From NCBI RefSeq assembly GCF_006345805.1, contig NC_043002.1, positions 43,400,001 through 43,464,000 of the forward strand: a DNA stretch of 64,000 nt. Reading direction: 5' to 3'. This DNA is from Octopus sinensis. Its lineage: Eukaryota. Positions 11,872 through 24,904 of this stretch are shown piece after piece. Made by a program: the position numbers and the translations under genes. Under the pieces are notes generated by a model. That model worked only from the letters and a program-made list of their open reading frames with translations, was not told the DNA's origin and did not search any database. Numbering within the stretch: position 1 is the first letter of the stretch; every line of letters starts with the position of its first letter.

Positions 11872-12318
11872 GCCTATTTACCTATCAATCTAAGTCAACC
11901 CCATCTGGAAACATTCGGAAGACTTACGAAATACTTATTGACAGAGACAGCTGATATTCTCTCTCTCTCTTTCTCCCGCTCTTTTTTTTTTCTCTCTCTC
12001 TCTCTCTCTCTCACGCTCTTTCTTTCTCTCTCTCTCCCTTTCTCTCTGGTAGTCTAACTGCTTGTCTGTCTGGCTCTCCGTCTATTTATCCGTTTCCCTC
12101 TCTCCCTCTCTCTCTCTCTCATTCTCTCTCTTCTTTGCACATTCACCTACTCACCCCTTCACAAACACACCCACACGCACACGCCCCCCCCCCCCACCAC
12201 ACACACATATATATATACGTATATTTAATTATATCTATATATATATTTCCACACATTAGATATTGTCCCGTAAACTGAAAACTCTAGTTTCTGCAGTTCG
12301 TGAAAAACAGAATCAAAG

Positions 12319-12397
12319 ATGGGAGAAGAAACGGTAAAATTAAAGAAAAATTTAGGACTGATGTCGGGAATTACGTTAATCGTTGGCACTATGATAG
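12319..12397 (+). CDS. First coding exon of an SLC7 heteromeric (L-type; b0,+AT/LAT/y+LAT-like) amino-acid transporter light chain
   Basis: Translates to MGEETVKLKKNLGLMSGITLIVGTMI-G, matching the APC/LAT TM1 motif (L-K-K-x-L-G-L-x-S-G-I-x-x-I-V-G-T-x-I-G-S-G-I-F). Acceptor TTTCTGCAG| at 12296, in-frame TGA upstream of the ATG, and donor G|GTGAGT at 12397/12398 (phase 1). The paralogue cannot be assigned from 26 aa. Confidence 0.85.
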
Positions 12398-12832
12398 GTG
12401 AGTGACGTGTGAGATTTCTAACGATTCATTCTTACTTTCAACGTTCATGTTGTTCCTCTTGTTACCGTTGGCTTTGTTAATATGTTCAATATACAAACAC
12501 GCTCACATACTTTTCATACATATATATTCATATATTTACATGCATACACATACACGCATGCATGCATATATATTCTTTGATTTTTTAAGTTTTGTTATTA
12601 TACGTTTTCTAATGTACCAGCAAAAGGGAACACACTTTATTATTAAGAAGAAGACAATAAATAAATAAATAAATAAATAAACAACACTGTATGATATGAC
12701 GGGACTAAAAATATATCTGCCAACGACGGAGTGAGTGAAAAGACGGATTTCATCATTCTTATTGTACACAAGGGAAAACAAGGAAACGCGTGCGTGTGTG
12801 CGTGTGTGTGTGCGTATATATGTGTGTGGGTG

Positions 12833-12863
<31 letters not shown>

Positions 12864-12991
12864 GCACACAGAAACGTACGTAGGCACACATATATACATC
12901 CTGCCGGAGACACAGACCGATAAATAGATAGATAGATAGGAATTTAAGTGAAGCTACCAGGTGTAAACCATAACCACTCGTTTTATTATCC

Positions 12992-13030
<39 letters not shown>

Positions 13031-13189
13031 TATATTATATATATATACATACATATATATATGTATGTATATATGTGTACATATATATATATATATTATA
13101 TATATAAGCATATACATATATGTGCTTATGTGTGTATACATACATATGTATATGTGTATATGTGCATTTATATATAGTTATCGTTTATG

Positions 13190-13425
13190 TTTTACCGGCT
13201 GTGCTGAAGCAGTGCGTTCACGAATTTTTAGCCGGATGTATCGACCACAGTAATTACTTTTTCTTAAGCCCGGTACTTATTCTATCGGTCTGTTATGCCG
13301 AACCGCTAAGTTACGCGGGGGCATAAGCATACCTGTACCGGTTGTCAAGCGTTGCTGGAGCACAAATACAGACACAAAGACACACACACACACACACACA
13401 CACGCATGTACACACACACACACAC

Positions 13426-13458
<33 letters not shown>

Positions 13459-13575
13459 ATTATATATATACGACAGGCTTCTTTCAGTTTCCGTCTACCA
13501 AATCCACTCACGAGGCCTGAACTCTCGACATTTCTGGTCGCGAAGCAAGCTTCTAACCACATACCGACGCCTACG
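13190..13575 (-). mobile_element. SINE family A, split by an internal CA/TA microsatellite
   Basis: Reverse-complement tail (GTACTTATTCTATCGGTC..CCGAACCGCTAAGTTACG) and head (CTTCTTTCAGTTTCCGTCTACCAAATCCACTCAC). Confidence 0.8.
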
Positions 13576-13598
13576 CATATTTGAATGCACATATATAT

Positions 13599-13640
<42 letters not shown>

Positions 13641-13643
13641 TAT

Positions 13644-13702
<59 letters not shown>

Positions 13703-14098
13703 CACATATATACATATATATTGTCGAGCATTATATTACTGGTTAGGACACATAACTGGTCAAAATATTACCGTCAAATTTAGTTTCGTGCCGATTATTG
13801 CACCCGCAAGTAAACAAGAAGAGCCATCTGCCTCCATCCTTTAATAAAGAAAGATAAGAAAAACAAACAAACAAACAAACAAACAGTATATGAATGCATA
13901 TGTTTAGTGTGTATACAAACGCATATATGCATATAAATGTGACCATGTGCATGTGTGAATGTACGTATGTGGCATGTTTGTATTTTGTCTTTGTGAGAAA
14001 GATGATGCAATTTACAGCTTAATAATTGTGTAAACATAGTCAAAATTTGACGAGACCGTCTGAACAACGATGGGAAAGCCAAGGTTCCGTTAATGTGT

Positions 14099-14139
<41 letters not shown>

Positions 14140-14280
14140 GCGTTGTGTGTGTGTGTGTGTGTGCCATGTATCCGGCGTATAACAAACAATAAGATCTACT
14201 ATGTGGTGGGAGAGTTCCACATGGATTCAAAAAATATATATATAGTTAGTTACCTACATAACACACATACGTATATATAC

Positions 14281-14311
<31 letters not shown>

Positions 14312-14366
14312 TGTATGTATGTATGTATGTATGTATGTATGATGAGTGCATGTATGTATGCATGTA

Positions 14367-14441
<75 letters not shown>

Positions 14442-14511
14442 GTTTATTGTATCGTCTTCTAAGAGTTATACGTTCTTGTCCATGTTGTATTTTTCTACAT
14501 ACCTTAATATA

Positions 14512-14557
<46 letters not shown>

Positions 14558-14705
14558 TGGTAGGCGTGGCTGTGTAGTAAGAAGCCTACTTCCCAGCCAC
14601 ATGGGCAAGTGTCTTATACTATAGGCCTCATGCCGACTAATGCCGTGTGAGTGAATTTGGTAGACGGAAACTGAAAGAAGTTTGTCGTATATGTGTGTGT
14701 GTGTG

Positions 14706-14744
<39 letters not shown>

Positions 14745-14910
14745 ATATGCGTGTATCTCTGTGTCCATGTTTGTCCCCCCACCACCACCGCTTGACAACT
14801 GGTGTTGGTATCTTTGCATCCCTTAGCTTAGCGGTTCGGCAAAAGAGCCCTATAGAATAAGTACCGGGACGATTCATTCGACTAAGAATTCTAGGCAGTG
14901 CCCCAACAAT
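14558..14910 (+). mobile_element. SINE family A
   Basis: Head GGCGTGGCTGTGTAGTAAG, core GGGCAAGTGTCTT and tail GATAGAATAAGTACC, with a deletion in the head. Confidence 0.85.
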
Positions 14911-14957
14911 GGCTACAGTCTAATGATTGAAACATATAAAACACACAAACACACACA

Positions 14958-15020
<63 letters not shown>

Positions 15021-16010
15021 CTCATTCACACACACACACTCACTCACACACACAGAGCATATATATGCTAAGAGAACATTTACGGTTACGTATGTTTTAT
15101 ACCACAACAGAAACAAACATTCGAAAATATAGGAAGAACTTAACTCCATGCGTGTGTATTTAAACTAGAGCCAGCCTAAACTTTCCAGCGCGCGCGACTA
15201 TAAGTGTTTGTTTTCTAAAAACATCCGCTGTTGAGTTTGAATTTTAAGTTAAATAGCTAAGTCTAACGTGTTGACTTCACACGAATATATTACATCCAAC
15301 GCTGGCTCGTGCGGAATTATATCTTTATAAATATATATTTTTCAATTATTCTATCAATGTCTAATGTTTTATATATACTGCATATAACTACGAATACCCA
15401 TAAACCAGAACGTTCACTCACTCATTCACTCACACACTCGTTCGGTCTGTCAGCCTGTCTGTCTGTCTATCTGTCTGTATCTTTCTCTCTCTCACTCACA
15501 CAGCACGCGCGCACACGTATATATATGTGCGAGTATAAGTACAGATTGGTGCCCCCATCGGCTCTCTCGTCTTTGATTTTTCGTAATTTTCTGCAAAATG
15601 CATACTTTATAATGAAACTTCTCATAGTTACATTTTCGAGGGTATACGTAAAAAATATATTGATCAGGCGTGGTTGTTTCTCAACCACATGGTTTCAGGT
15701 TCAGTCCCACTGCATAGTCTTTTGGGCAATAGTCTTCTACAATAAATCCACGGGTCGACCAAACTGTACTATTGGATTTGGTAGAAAGAAGCCCATCGTA
15801 TATATATATATATATATATATATATACAAACAATTGCAGCGTGGAAGGTGTTTATAAGCCATTTAAGAAACACACAAAACCGTTAGATTCACTTCAACAT
15901 TTAAATTTAATTTGTCAAAGTATTTTCGTCGCTTTGAGACCGCGACCTGTTCACTGACAAAACTTCGTGCTGCATCTCATAATAATAATAATAATAATAA
16001 TAATAATAGT

Positions 16011-16048
<38 letters not shown>

Positions 16049-16129
16049 TATAATATATATATATATATTATATTATATATATATTATACTTATGTGTATG
16101 TGTACGCGGTGTGTGTGTGTCTATGAATG

Positions 16130-17345
16130 CAAATATGTGTTAGTTTATGTGTGTCTCTTTCTGTTTGTGCTTTTCCATTCTCATCCCCGCTTGACAACAA
16201 GTGTCGATCTATTTACGTTCCCATAATTTAGCGTTTTAGCAAAATAGACTGATAAAATAAGTATTAAACTTATTAATATAAATATCAAAGTAAAGAAAAA
16301 AAAGCACTGGAGTAGATTTGTTCGATTAAACACTGCTACGTGGTTCCCTAGCGTGGCCACAGTCCAATGTCTGAGGCAAGTAAAAGAAAAGAATTGAAAA
16401 AAAAAAATATTTGGAGTGAGTTCTGGAGCCACCCATCCTAACTTTATCACCTTCAAGTTCCATACCCTTAGCATCTTAGACTTTGCACACTAGGGAAAAT
16501 GCTGAGCGGCATTTACGTTCTGAGTTCAAATTTCGCCGGCGTCGGCCTTGCCTTTCATCCTTTCGTGAATCGATAAAATAAACTCAGTAGCAGTCAAGTA
16601 CTAGAGATGATGCAATCGACTTCCCTCGCTTCTCAAAAACGGCTGGCCCAGTGCCATAATTCGAAACCACTATTAATATGATTGAAACATCTGCGTTATG
16701 TAATCTACACTTTTGAAAACGTATTCGCTGCAAAATATCGTTTAAAAATATACAGTTTAAAGAGAGGGAAAACGTCGAGAGACGGAGCACTAATCTCCAG
16801 ATGTGCTTATGTCGTTTTATCTTTTATCTTTTACTTGTTTCGGCCATTAGACTGCGGCCATGCTGGAGCACCGTCTTGAAGAATCTTTTGTCGAATGTGT
16901 CGACCCTAGTACTTATTCTATCGGTCTGGGGACGCAAACACACCAGCACAGGTTGTCAAGCGGTGTGTGTGTGTAATTGGGGGGGGGGCAAATACTAACA
17001 CAAAGGCAGACACAAACACGCACGCACACATACGACGGGCTTCTTTCAGTTTCCATCTATCAAATCCACTTACAAGACTTAGCTCAGTCCGAGGCTATAG
17101 TAGAAGGCACTTGCTCAAAGTGCAACGCAGTGGGATTGAACCCGGAGCTATGTGGTTGGGAAGTAAGCTTCTTATCACCGTCTTACTTGTTTCAGTCATT
17201 GGATTGAGGCCAGACAGGAGCATCGCTTTGAAGGGTTTTAGTCGACCGTGGTACTTTTTAAAAGTCTACTACTTCTATGTTTTTTTTTTTTGCTGAACCG
17301 CTAAATTACGGGGACGTAAACAAAACAATACCGGTTGTCAAATAA
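16130..17345. mobile_element. SINE cluster: family A 3' half (+, 16130-16390), family B (+, 16495-16680), family A copies (-, 16815-17345)
   Basis: Motif matches to the family A and family B copies elsewhere in the window. Confidence 0.75.
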
Positions 17346-17570
17346 TGGAGGGTAAACAAGTCACAAAGACACGTCTCCATTCTTCAAACTCATGCCCCTG
17401 GGAACTCAGTGTTATTTCTCATAGATCAGCTTTGTATAATCTTATATGTCCGTGTGTGTGTGCGTGTGAGTGTGTGTGTGCGTGTGAGTGTGTGTGTGCG
17501 CGTGCGCGTATGTGGATATTTGCATGTTTGTGCTTATGTGTTTGTGTATGTATACATCTGTCTATCTGTT

Positions 17571-17606
<36 letters not shown>

Positions 17607-17769
17607 TACACAAACACACACACATACATATTTATGTGTGCGTGTGTGTGTATGGTTACATCATTATGTATGCATGTATGTATGTATGTATATATGTATG
17701 TACGATGTAAATAAAAATGCTGATAGAGACCAAACTCGAAAGTTTGAAATATAGACAGGAGGCGCTTTC

Positions 17770-18620
17770 ATACTTTCGCTACATCTCGAAACGGATAACA
17801 AGAGAACAGGTGTTTACATCGTTTAAAGAAACAATAGTCAAAGTCGCAGAAACTGTCGGTCTGAAAGCTTGAAAAGAAGTAACTGGCCTAATCTTCAGAA
17901 ACAGAGACAATGTGGGAAGAAATTGGAGAACCGGATCAGAAAGTTTGAAGATGTCGGACGATGTTCTCAAAGGCGAACCATAAAAAAGTTCCGTGTAATA
18001 AAGTAATAAAAATACGAAAGCAGAGGCCTTAGAAGATAGAATAGAATTAAAAAGATACTGAACAGTCACTGTCATAATCTTTCCAAGTCAGTCGGTGAAA
18101 AACAATGAACACAAGCGAGGTAGTCCGATATTGCAAAAATAATTTTGAATAACTTAATAACCCCTTAACTCCCGCACGACATGAAAGCACTATCAAAAAT
18201 CACGAATGCTCCATCTGATATAGACATTTGTACAGAAATATCAAAAGGAGAAATAGAAAAGGCAGTAATAAGAATGACGAATCATTGATGTCACCATTGC
18301 TGAAGAATAGAAAACATGACAAGACCGTGTGGTTGATATGTTACACGTGATATTTAACAAAGTGTATGGAAGACAGAAAAGACAATAAAAGAATGAGCTC
18401 GTGTGTACTGGCCACACCGTTATGCAGGAAGTATGACAAGAATCGTACAAACAAACAAACAAAACTAGTATTACAAGGTGGCTTCTCTCTCGTCGGTAGC
18501 AAACAAAGTGTTCAGGAAAATGTTACTTGACAGGGAAAAAATAAAACTCATATAGGAGAGGGTAAGTTCAGCTTTAGACAAAGTAGAGGAACGGTTGATG
18601 TTAGCAGAGGAATGGTTTTT
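17770..18620 (+). mobile_element. Highly decayed RTE-like LINE RT fragment
   Basis: Residual motifs: TEISKGEIEKAVIRM (18232), a YRGISLL-like remnant followed by SVANKVFRKMLLDR (18470-18533), and FRQSRGTVD (18571). Confidence 0.6.
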
Positions 18621-19272
18621 ATAGACAGACTGGCCGATGGAGAATAAAATAAAAACATCACCGAGTGTTCTTACACTTCAACTTTATTTATTTCTTAGCT
18701 GTCTTCGACACGACTTGCATGAAGTTTGAATGGAAGATATGATTGCAGTAGGTGTAAACAAGGCAGGGAGAAACTTTTGGGGCTGCTTGATACTTGACTC
18801 ATCATTAGGCGAGCCACACTACTAAAAAAAAAAATTAAGGTAATTTTTCGGCCGGCGTGGCATTCAGAAAGTTCGCAATTTGCCCATGACAGACGTAGAC
18901 TATAAGATTGTAGCTGATTGAACCTTTGCCACTTCTCGGATTCGCTTCAAGTATGCGTAAGTCTGAGACAAGATTGAATTTTATCCCCAATCTTTCAAAC
19001 TGTACTTGGAGGTTACTACGAGAGAAGTCTAAAGCTGATATAATGAGTTTAACACACATTGACATCTCTATAGACTTTACATGCCAGCAGCATGGATGTC
19101 CATTTGTGTGACACCGATACTTACGACTGCAGTTGTGCTCGGCTTGATGAGTCTTCTCAAGCACGACATAATGCCAAAGGTCTTCGTCATTGCCTGATAC
19201 ATACATACATACATACATACATACATACATACATACATACATACATACATACATACATGTATATATATATAT

Positions 19273-19333
<61 letters not shown>

Positions 19334-19422
19334 AATAATATTAATTAAGGGTAGAAATTGATATTTATCAATTAGGACCAGTGGTCTAGCATATTAAAAA
19401 AGAATCCGAAGATTAAAATATT

Positions 19423-19621
19423 ATATATACCAATTAAGGACTGAACACGAAAAGTGGACAGTCAACATGCTAGATATAGACGTCAAATCGCCATTCACCA
19501 CAAAAGATTATGTTCTCTTGATCTGAGAACATAATCTTTTGTGGTGATGGCGATGGCGATTTCGATTTGACGTCTATATCTAGCATGTTGACTGTCCACT
19601 TTTCGTGTTCAGTCCTTAATT

Positions 19622-19630
<9 letters not shown>
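19423..19630. repeat. Near-perfect palindrome with ~95-105-bp arms and a 7-nt loop
   Basis: 19423-19517 is the reverse complement of 19525-19630, except for a short duplication-type insertion (GGCGATGGCGATTTCGATTT) in the right arm. Confidence 0.95.
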
Positions 19631-19662
<32 letters not shown>

Positions 19663-19671
19663 CACACATAC

Positions 19672-19815
19672 ATATTCTTTTATTCTTTTACTTGTTTCAG
19701 TCATTTGACTGCGGCCATGCTGGAGCACCGCCTTTACTCGAGCAAATCGAACCCAGGACTTATTCTTTGTAAGCCTAGTACTTATTCTATCGGTCTCTCT
19801 TGCCAAACCGCTAAG
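19672..19815 (-). mobile_element. SINE family A 3' tail
   Basis: CTTTTACTTGTTTCAGTCATTTGACTGCGGCCATGCTGGAGCACCGCC is the reverse complement of the family A tail. Confidence 0.85.
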
Positions 19816-19837
19816 TTATATACAAATATATATATAT

Positions 19838-20235
19838 ATCATCATCATCATCATCATCATCATCATCGTTGGACGGTTCAACTAGGGTCTGGCAAGCCCG
19901 AAGGCTGCACCAGGCCAGTCAGATCTGGCAGTGTTTCTACAGCTGGATGCCCTTCCTAACGCCAACCACTCCGAGAGTGTATGGGTGATTTTATTTATGT
20001 GCCATCGACACAGGTGCCAGACGAGCTGGCAGACGGCCACGCTCGGATGGTGTTTTTTATGTGCCACCGAACACAGGTGCCAGACGAGGCTGACAGACGG
20101 CCACGCTCGGATGGTGTTTTCTTATGTGCCACCGACACAGGTGCCAGACGAGGCTGGCGAACGGCCACGCTCGGATGGTGTTTGTTACGTGCCCTCAGCA
20201 CGGAGGCCAGTCGATGCGGTACTGGCTACGGTCAT
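19838..20235 (-). mobile_element. RTE LINE 3' UTR fragment with (GAT)n tail and three 64-bp repeat units
   Basis: Reverse complement of 38395-38940. Confidence 0.9.
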
Positions 20236-20279
20236 ACATACTAAGTTATATAATATATACATACTAAGTTATATATATT

Positions 20280-20321
<42 letters not shown>

Positions 20322-20327
20322 CATACA

Positions 20328-20692
20328 TCAGGAATCACTGCTGAGATGCTCAAAATATCCGGGAGTGTAGGCTATGGTCTAGTCATCCGTATTGTAAACC
20401 AGGTGATACATGAAGGAGTCATATTCAATGACTGGTGTAGCAGCACCATAGTCAACTGCTACAAAGGTAAATGTGACGCATTAGATTGGAGGTATCAAAT
20501 TGTTGGATCAAGTAATGAAAGTCACCCTTATATGGTGATCAATGTGGAAACTAGGGATAGATGAGTGGTTGGTGAGAGCTGTACAAGCCATGTACAGGGA
20601 CGTTGTCAGTTAGGTGAAGCTTGGCAACAAGTATAGTGAAGAATTCTTTGTAGAAGTAAGGGTTCACCAAAGATCAGTCTTCAGCCCCCTCT
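20328..20692 (+). mobile_element. RTE RT fragment of the same family as 36770-38940, internally deleted
   Basis: GITAEMLKISG..DWCSSTIVNCYKGK, GIKLLDQVMKVT and KLGIDEWLVRAVQAMYRD, similar in sequence to 36776-37170. Confidence 0.85.
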
Positions 20693-21178
20693 TACACACA
20701 CAAACACACACACACACACACATGCACAACGTAAAAACAAATTTCACATATATAGTCATGCAAATTAGTTATTATCTCATTTATTGTGGATATATTCTTT
20801 CATGTGCATGCACAAACTCTCTGTACGAATATATATAAAATCCACATCATAAGGGCACACGAAAGTGCCCGCCTGCTTGACAGAAGAGTTAAAACCCTCA
20901 TTATATATGGCTATATAATACTAATTTAGGCCTGCAGCCACTTATATTAATATTGATATTACTATCAATTATTTATATTGCCCTTGATAATAAAAGTAAT
21001 AATAATATCTATATAAATATACACTCCTGAATATTTGCTCTCTCTCTCTCTCTCTCTTTCGTTTTATATATATATATACATACATATACACACACACACA
21101 CACACACCACACGCACACACACACACACCACACACACACACACACACACCAACACACACACCACACACAACACACAGA

Positions 21179-21222
<44 letters not shown>

Positions 21223-21521
21223 CGGACTCTACTGCGAGTTTTTAACCCCGAAAGGACATCTCTATCTGGTTAACAATGCAGAGCATCATCCATATATATT
21301 TCTTAGATGGAGACAGTGTCAGTTATGTGTTTTATACGAGTTCGAGTTACCGTGAAGGTAGACGTTTCAAGTCATTGTCTTGCGGAGGTATCAGCGATAG
21401 CACGATAGACGAGTCAAAGATAACAAAAAGCGTAATACCGCTACGACATAATAGTGACAACGAGAATATTACAGTACCGACAATAACATACGATGTGAAC
21501 GAGGGAGCCACATTATACCAC

Positions 21522-21591
<70 letters not shown>

Positions 21592-22482
21592 CTTTCTTTC
21601 TGTCTATCTATCTATTTATCTGTCTGTCTGTGTTGGTGTGCGCGTCTGTGTGTGTGTATGTGTGTGTGTGCGCGTGTGTTTGTGTATCATGAAATTGGCT
21701 CACCTTCATTTTTATAAAAATAGATTTTGTTAGTATGTGTAAATAGCATGGTTATTTCAGAAAAAAAAAGAAGAAAAAATAATGATAAACGTTTATTGTG
21801 CCAGGTTTTAAAAACATTAATTAATATGAAGACATTGTCATGTATCATATATCTAAACACATATGGATATAATACATTAAGATATAAACATCAGATATGT
21901 TTCGAGCATATATCGCACGTTATGTTACAGACAGCGTTATCTCGATATCGTAAAGACCTCAAAGACATTTGCTTCATTTTAGCTATCATTTGTCAGAAGT
22001 ATTTGGCGATCTTTATTTTAAGAATGTCTTTTGAGGAAATTCAAACATGTGTACTGTATGCTTGTCGGTGATAATGTAACGAGATGTATATTTTTCACCG
22101 ATTCTGATATGACGTTCAAAAAATATTTCTCATCGTATATGATAAAATTGTTTGTGAGGATGAAATCCAAGTTGGTCAAGAAACGGTTTTGTTTTTACTG
22201 CTCAGGAATTACTTAGTCTCTCATCAAATGTGTTGAAGACGCTAACTTCAATATATATAATATAATATAATATAATATAATATAAATAATATAATATATA
22301 ATATATTATAATATAATATATATAATATATATATATATTAAGGTATGTAGAAAAATACAACATGGACAAGAACGTATAACTCTTAGAAGACGATACAATA
22401 AACATGGACAGGACATTCGAACCCCTCAGTCTTCAGTCAAGAACCGTATGTATGTATGTATGTATGTATACATACACACACA

Positions 22483-23660
22483 TATTGGGTCATCTCATAT
22501 ATAATGCGTTTTTTTTATACGTCTTTCATTTTTCAAAATTGAGATAAACAAAGTTCTTTTTTAATCTAAATTATATTCTCCTTCATTTTCTATAATGCTT
22601 TTCCATCTACCTGGTAGACTTGCAAGGCTTCTCTTCCAAAATTCAATTGTACGTTAGGAAAAATACTCCTCAAGTACTGTACTGACCACGTCTACAGAAT
22701 TCATATTTTTTCGTCCAAATGAATTTGAACATTGCGGAATAAATGATAATCAGATGGGGTAATATCCAGCAAACTGCTCCAGTCTTTGGGATGTCATCCT
22801 CGCTGTATATGGCCGAGTATTATCCTGATGGGAAGAACACCTTTCGTCTTGAACCCCAAGATGGTTGTTTTTCTTCTATCGCTGACTTAAGCCGCTCAAG
22901 CTACTCGCAGCAGATCGTTTGGTTTGGTTTTAAAAGTTCAAAGTGGACTGAACCTTTCATATACCACCAAACAGATAACAACACCTTATGTGGGTGAAGA
23001 CCTTCTTTAGCTTGGAGTGCCCGTGTTTCTCCGTTCCCTATCCACTGTCTTCAGCGCTTAACATTTTTATAGAGAACCCATTTCTCGTCACCTGTCACTA
23101 TTCGGTCCAAAAAAGATTAATTCGTGAGACGTGACAGCAAAGAAGTGCACACATTCACTCTCCGCACGCGATTAGACTGGGAAAGTTTGTGAGGAGCCCA
23201 TTGACCCAATTTGCTGACTTTTCCGATAGCACGCAACTGTCGATGAATGGTTGAATGAGCAAATCCAACCTTCTCTGCTAGTTCCTCAACAGTCACGATG
23301 GGATTTTGTTTTACCAAGGTTTGTAGGACGTCTTCGTCGAGCTCTACAGATCTTCCAGGACGAGGCTCGACTTCTAAGCTTTAGTTTCCGGCTCGGAAAT
23401 TCTGGAACCACCGTTGACACTGGCTTACGCTTACTGTCCAATAAACTGCAATAATATTCCTCGCACTTGCCCTTGCGTTGTTGTTTTGATTGAACTCATA
23501 AAGTAAAATATGCCGAATATGTTCCTTTGCCACTTCCAGTATAGCTTTGGAAAAATGCCTGCTTTTATAGCAAGTTGATGCAGGTAGTTTATCCCACTCC
23601 CTTACGGCTTTTGGTTCATGCAAATGATAAACCGCATTATTTATGGGATGACGCAACATA
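22483..23660 (-). mobile_element. mariner DNA transposon, near full length with both TIRs; transposase pseudogene ~22561-23540
   Basis: TIRs TATTGGGTCATCTCATATATAATGCG and CGCATTATTTATGGGATGACGCAACATA with TA ends. The protein reads EHIRHILLYEF..QRWFQNFRAGN*SLEDEPRPGR..WAPHKL..LDRIVTGDEKW..KVLLSVWW..GEYNLD*. Confidence 0.92.
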
Positions 23661-23873
23661 CACACACACACAGAAGCACATACACACACACACACACACA
23701 CACAAATACATACAATCGTGCAAAAATATACACATAAGAATATACAAAATCACTAGCATAATAAATATAGAATACTACATAAAATAAGATATATAGATTA
23801 TAGACATCTTATATTTTATAGTTTATGTCTATATTCTTATATATATATATATATAGTATATATATAGTATATA

Positions 23874-23914
<41 letters not shown>

Positions 23915-24758
23915 GATATAGATTTATAAAGAGAGAAAGAGAAGCAAGATTGATAGAGAGAGAAAGAGAAACGGAGAGATGAAGTGAAAACTGGTGAAAG
24001 CAGATCATAAATTAGATGAACAGATAAAGTTGTTTGTTGAAATGAAGTAGAGCTGACAACGATCCGCTCTTTTTTAAGAAACCGCACTTGTAGGAGTATA
24101 CGAAAAGCATACATACATACATACATACATACATGCATACATACATACATACATACATACATACATACATACATGCATGCATGCAATACATACATACATA
24201 CATACATATATACATACATACATACATACATACATACATGCATACACATTTACACATATGAGCACAAACGTCCCTTGCCTGCAAGGAAAGAACTAACATT
24301 CCTTACTCTAAGTAACTAAATTAACTTCGAGAGATTAATTATTAATTTCCTGAAATTATCTCCTCTTGCCTTTGCGTGTATCTAACAATTGCCGCTAGGT
24401 GCTTTTGTTTCCTACTTCCTACTAAGTAGTGAGTGTTAATAAAGTGGGATTTTTTTTCTACGTAACATCGAGTGCACAATACTTTTATTTTGATATCTGG
24501 ATTTACGCTGTGGGGTCTTTGTCTTTACTGCATTATATTTTGGCACAACACACACACACACACCACACACACACACACACACACAACACACACACATACA
24601 CACACACAAGCGCGCGCGCATACACACACATGGTGTCGAAATTCTGGTGATATTTGGCCGATATCTGATGAGGGGCTTAAGTATGTCAGCGCTTATGTAT
24701 GCGTATTCGCGTTATTCCGTACGTACTCCTGTGTCAAGTGCTAGATCTTTTACATATC

Positions 24759-24816
<58 letters not shown>

Positions 24817-24904
24817 ATGTATTAAGTATAGGTGTACTATGAGCATTTATACTGTGAATTTTATTCCTTGTAAACTGTAAATTTTCCCCGTCTAAAATAT
24901 TCAA

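Noticed and set aside
18835-19200. 159-aa minus-strand ORF
   Set aside because: It starts in a microsatellite, its first unique part resembles an RTE-type 3' UTR repeat, and the remainder has no recognisable motif.
21276-21520. Non-repetitive ORF segment (DGDSVSYVFY..ITVPTITYDVNEG) after an acceptor-like TTTCTTAG
   Set aside because: No recognisable homology, only a weak donor, and it runs into a CA repeat.
24485-24545. Hydrophobic read DIWIYAVGSLSLLHYILA, considered as an SLC7 exon
   Set aside because: There are no flanking splice sites, and similarity to the SLC7 TM2 is too weak.
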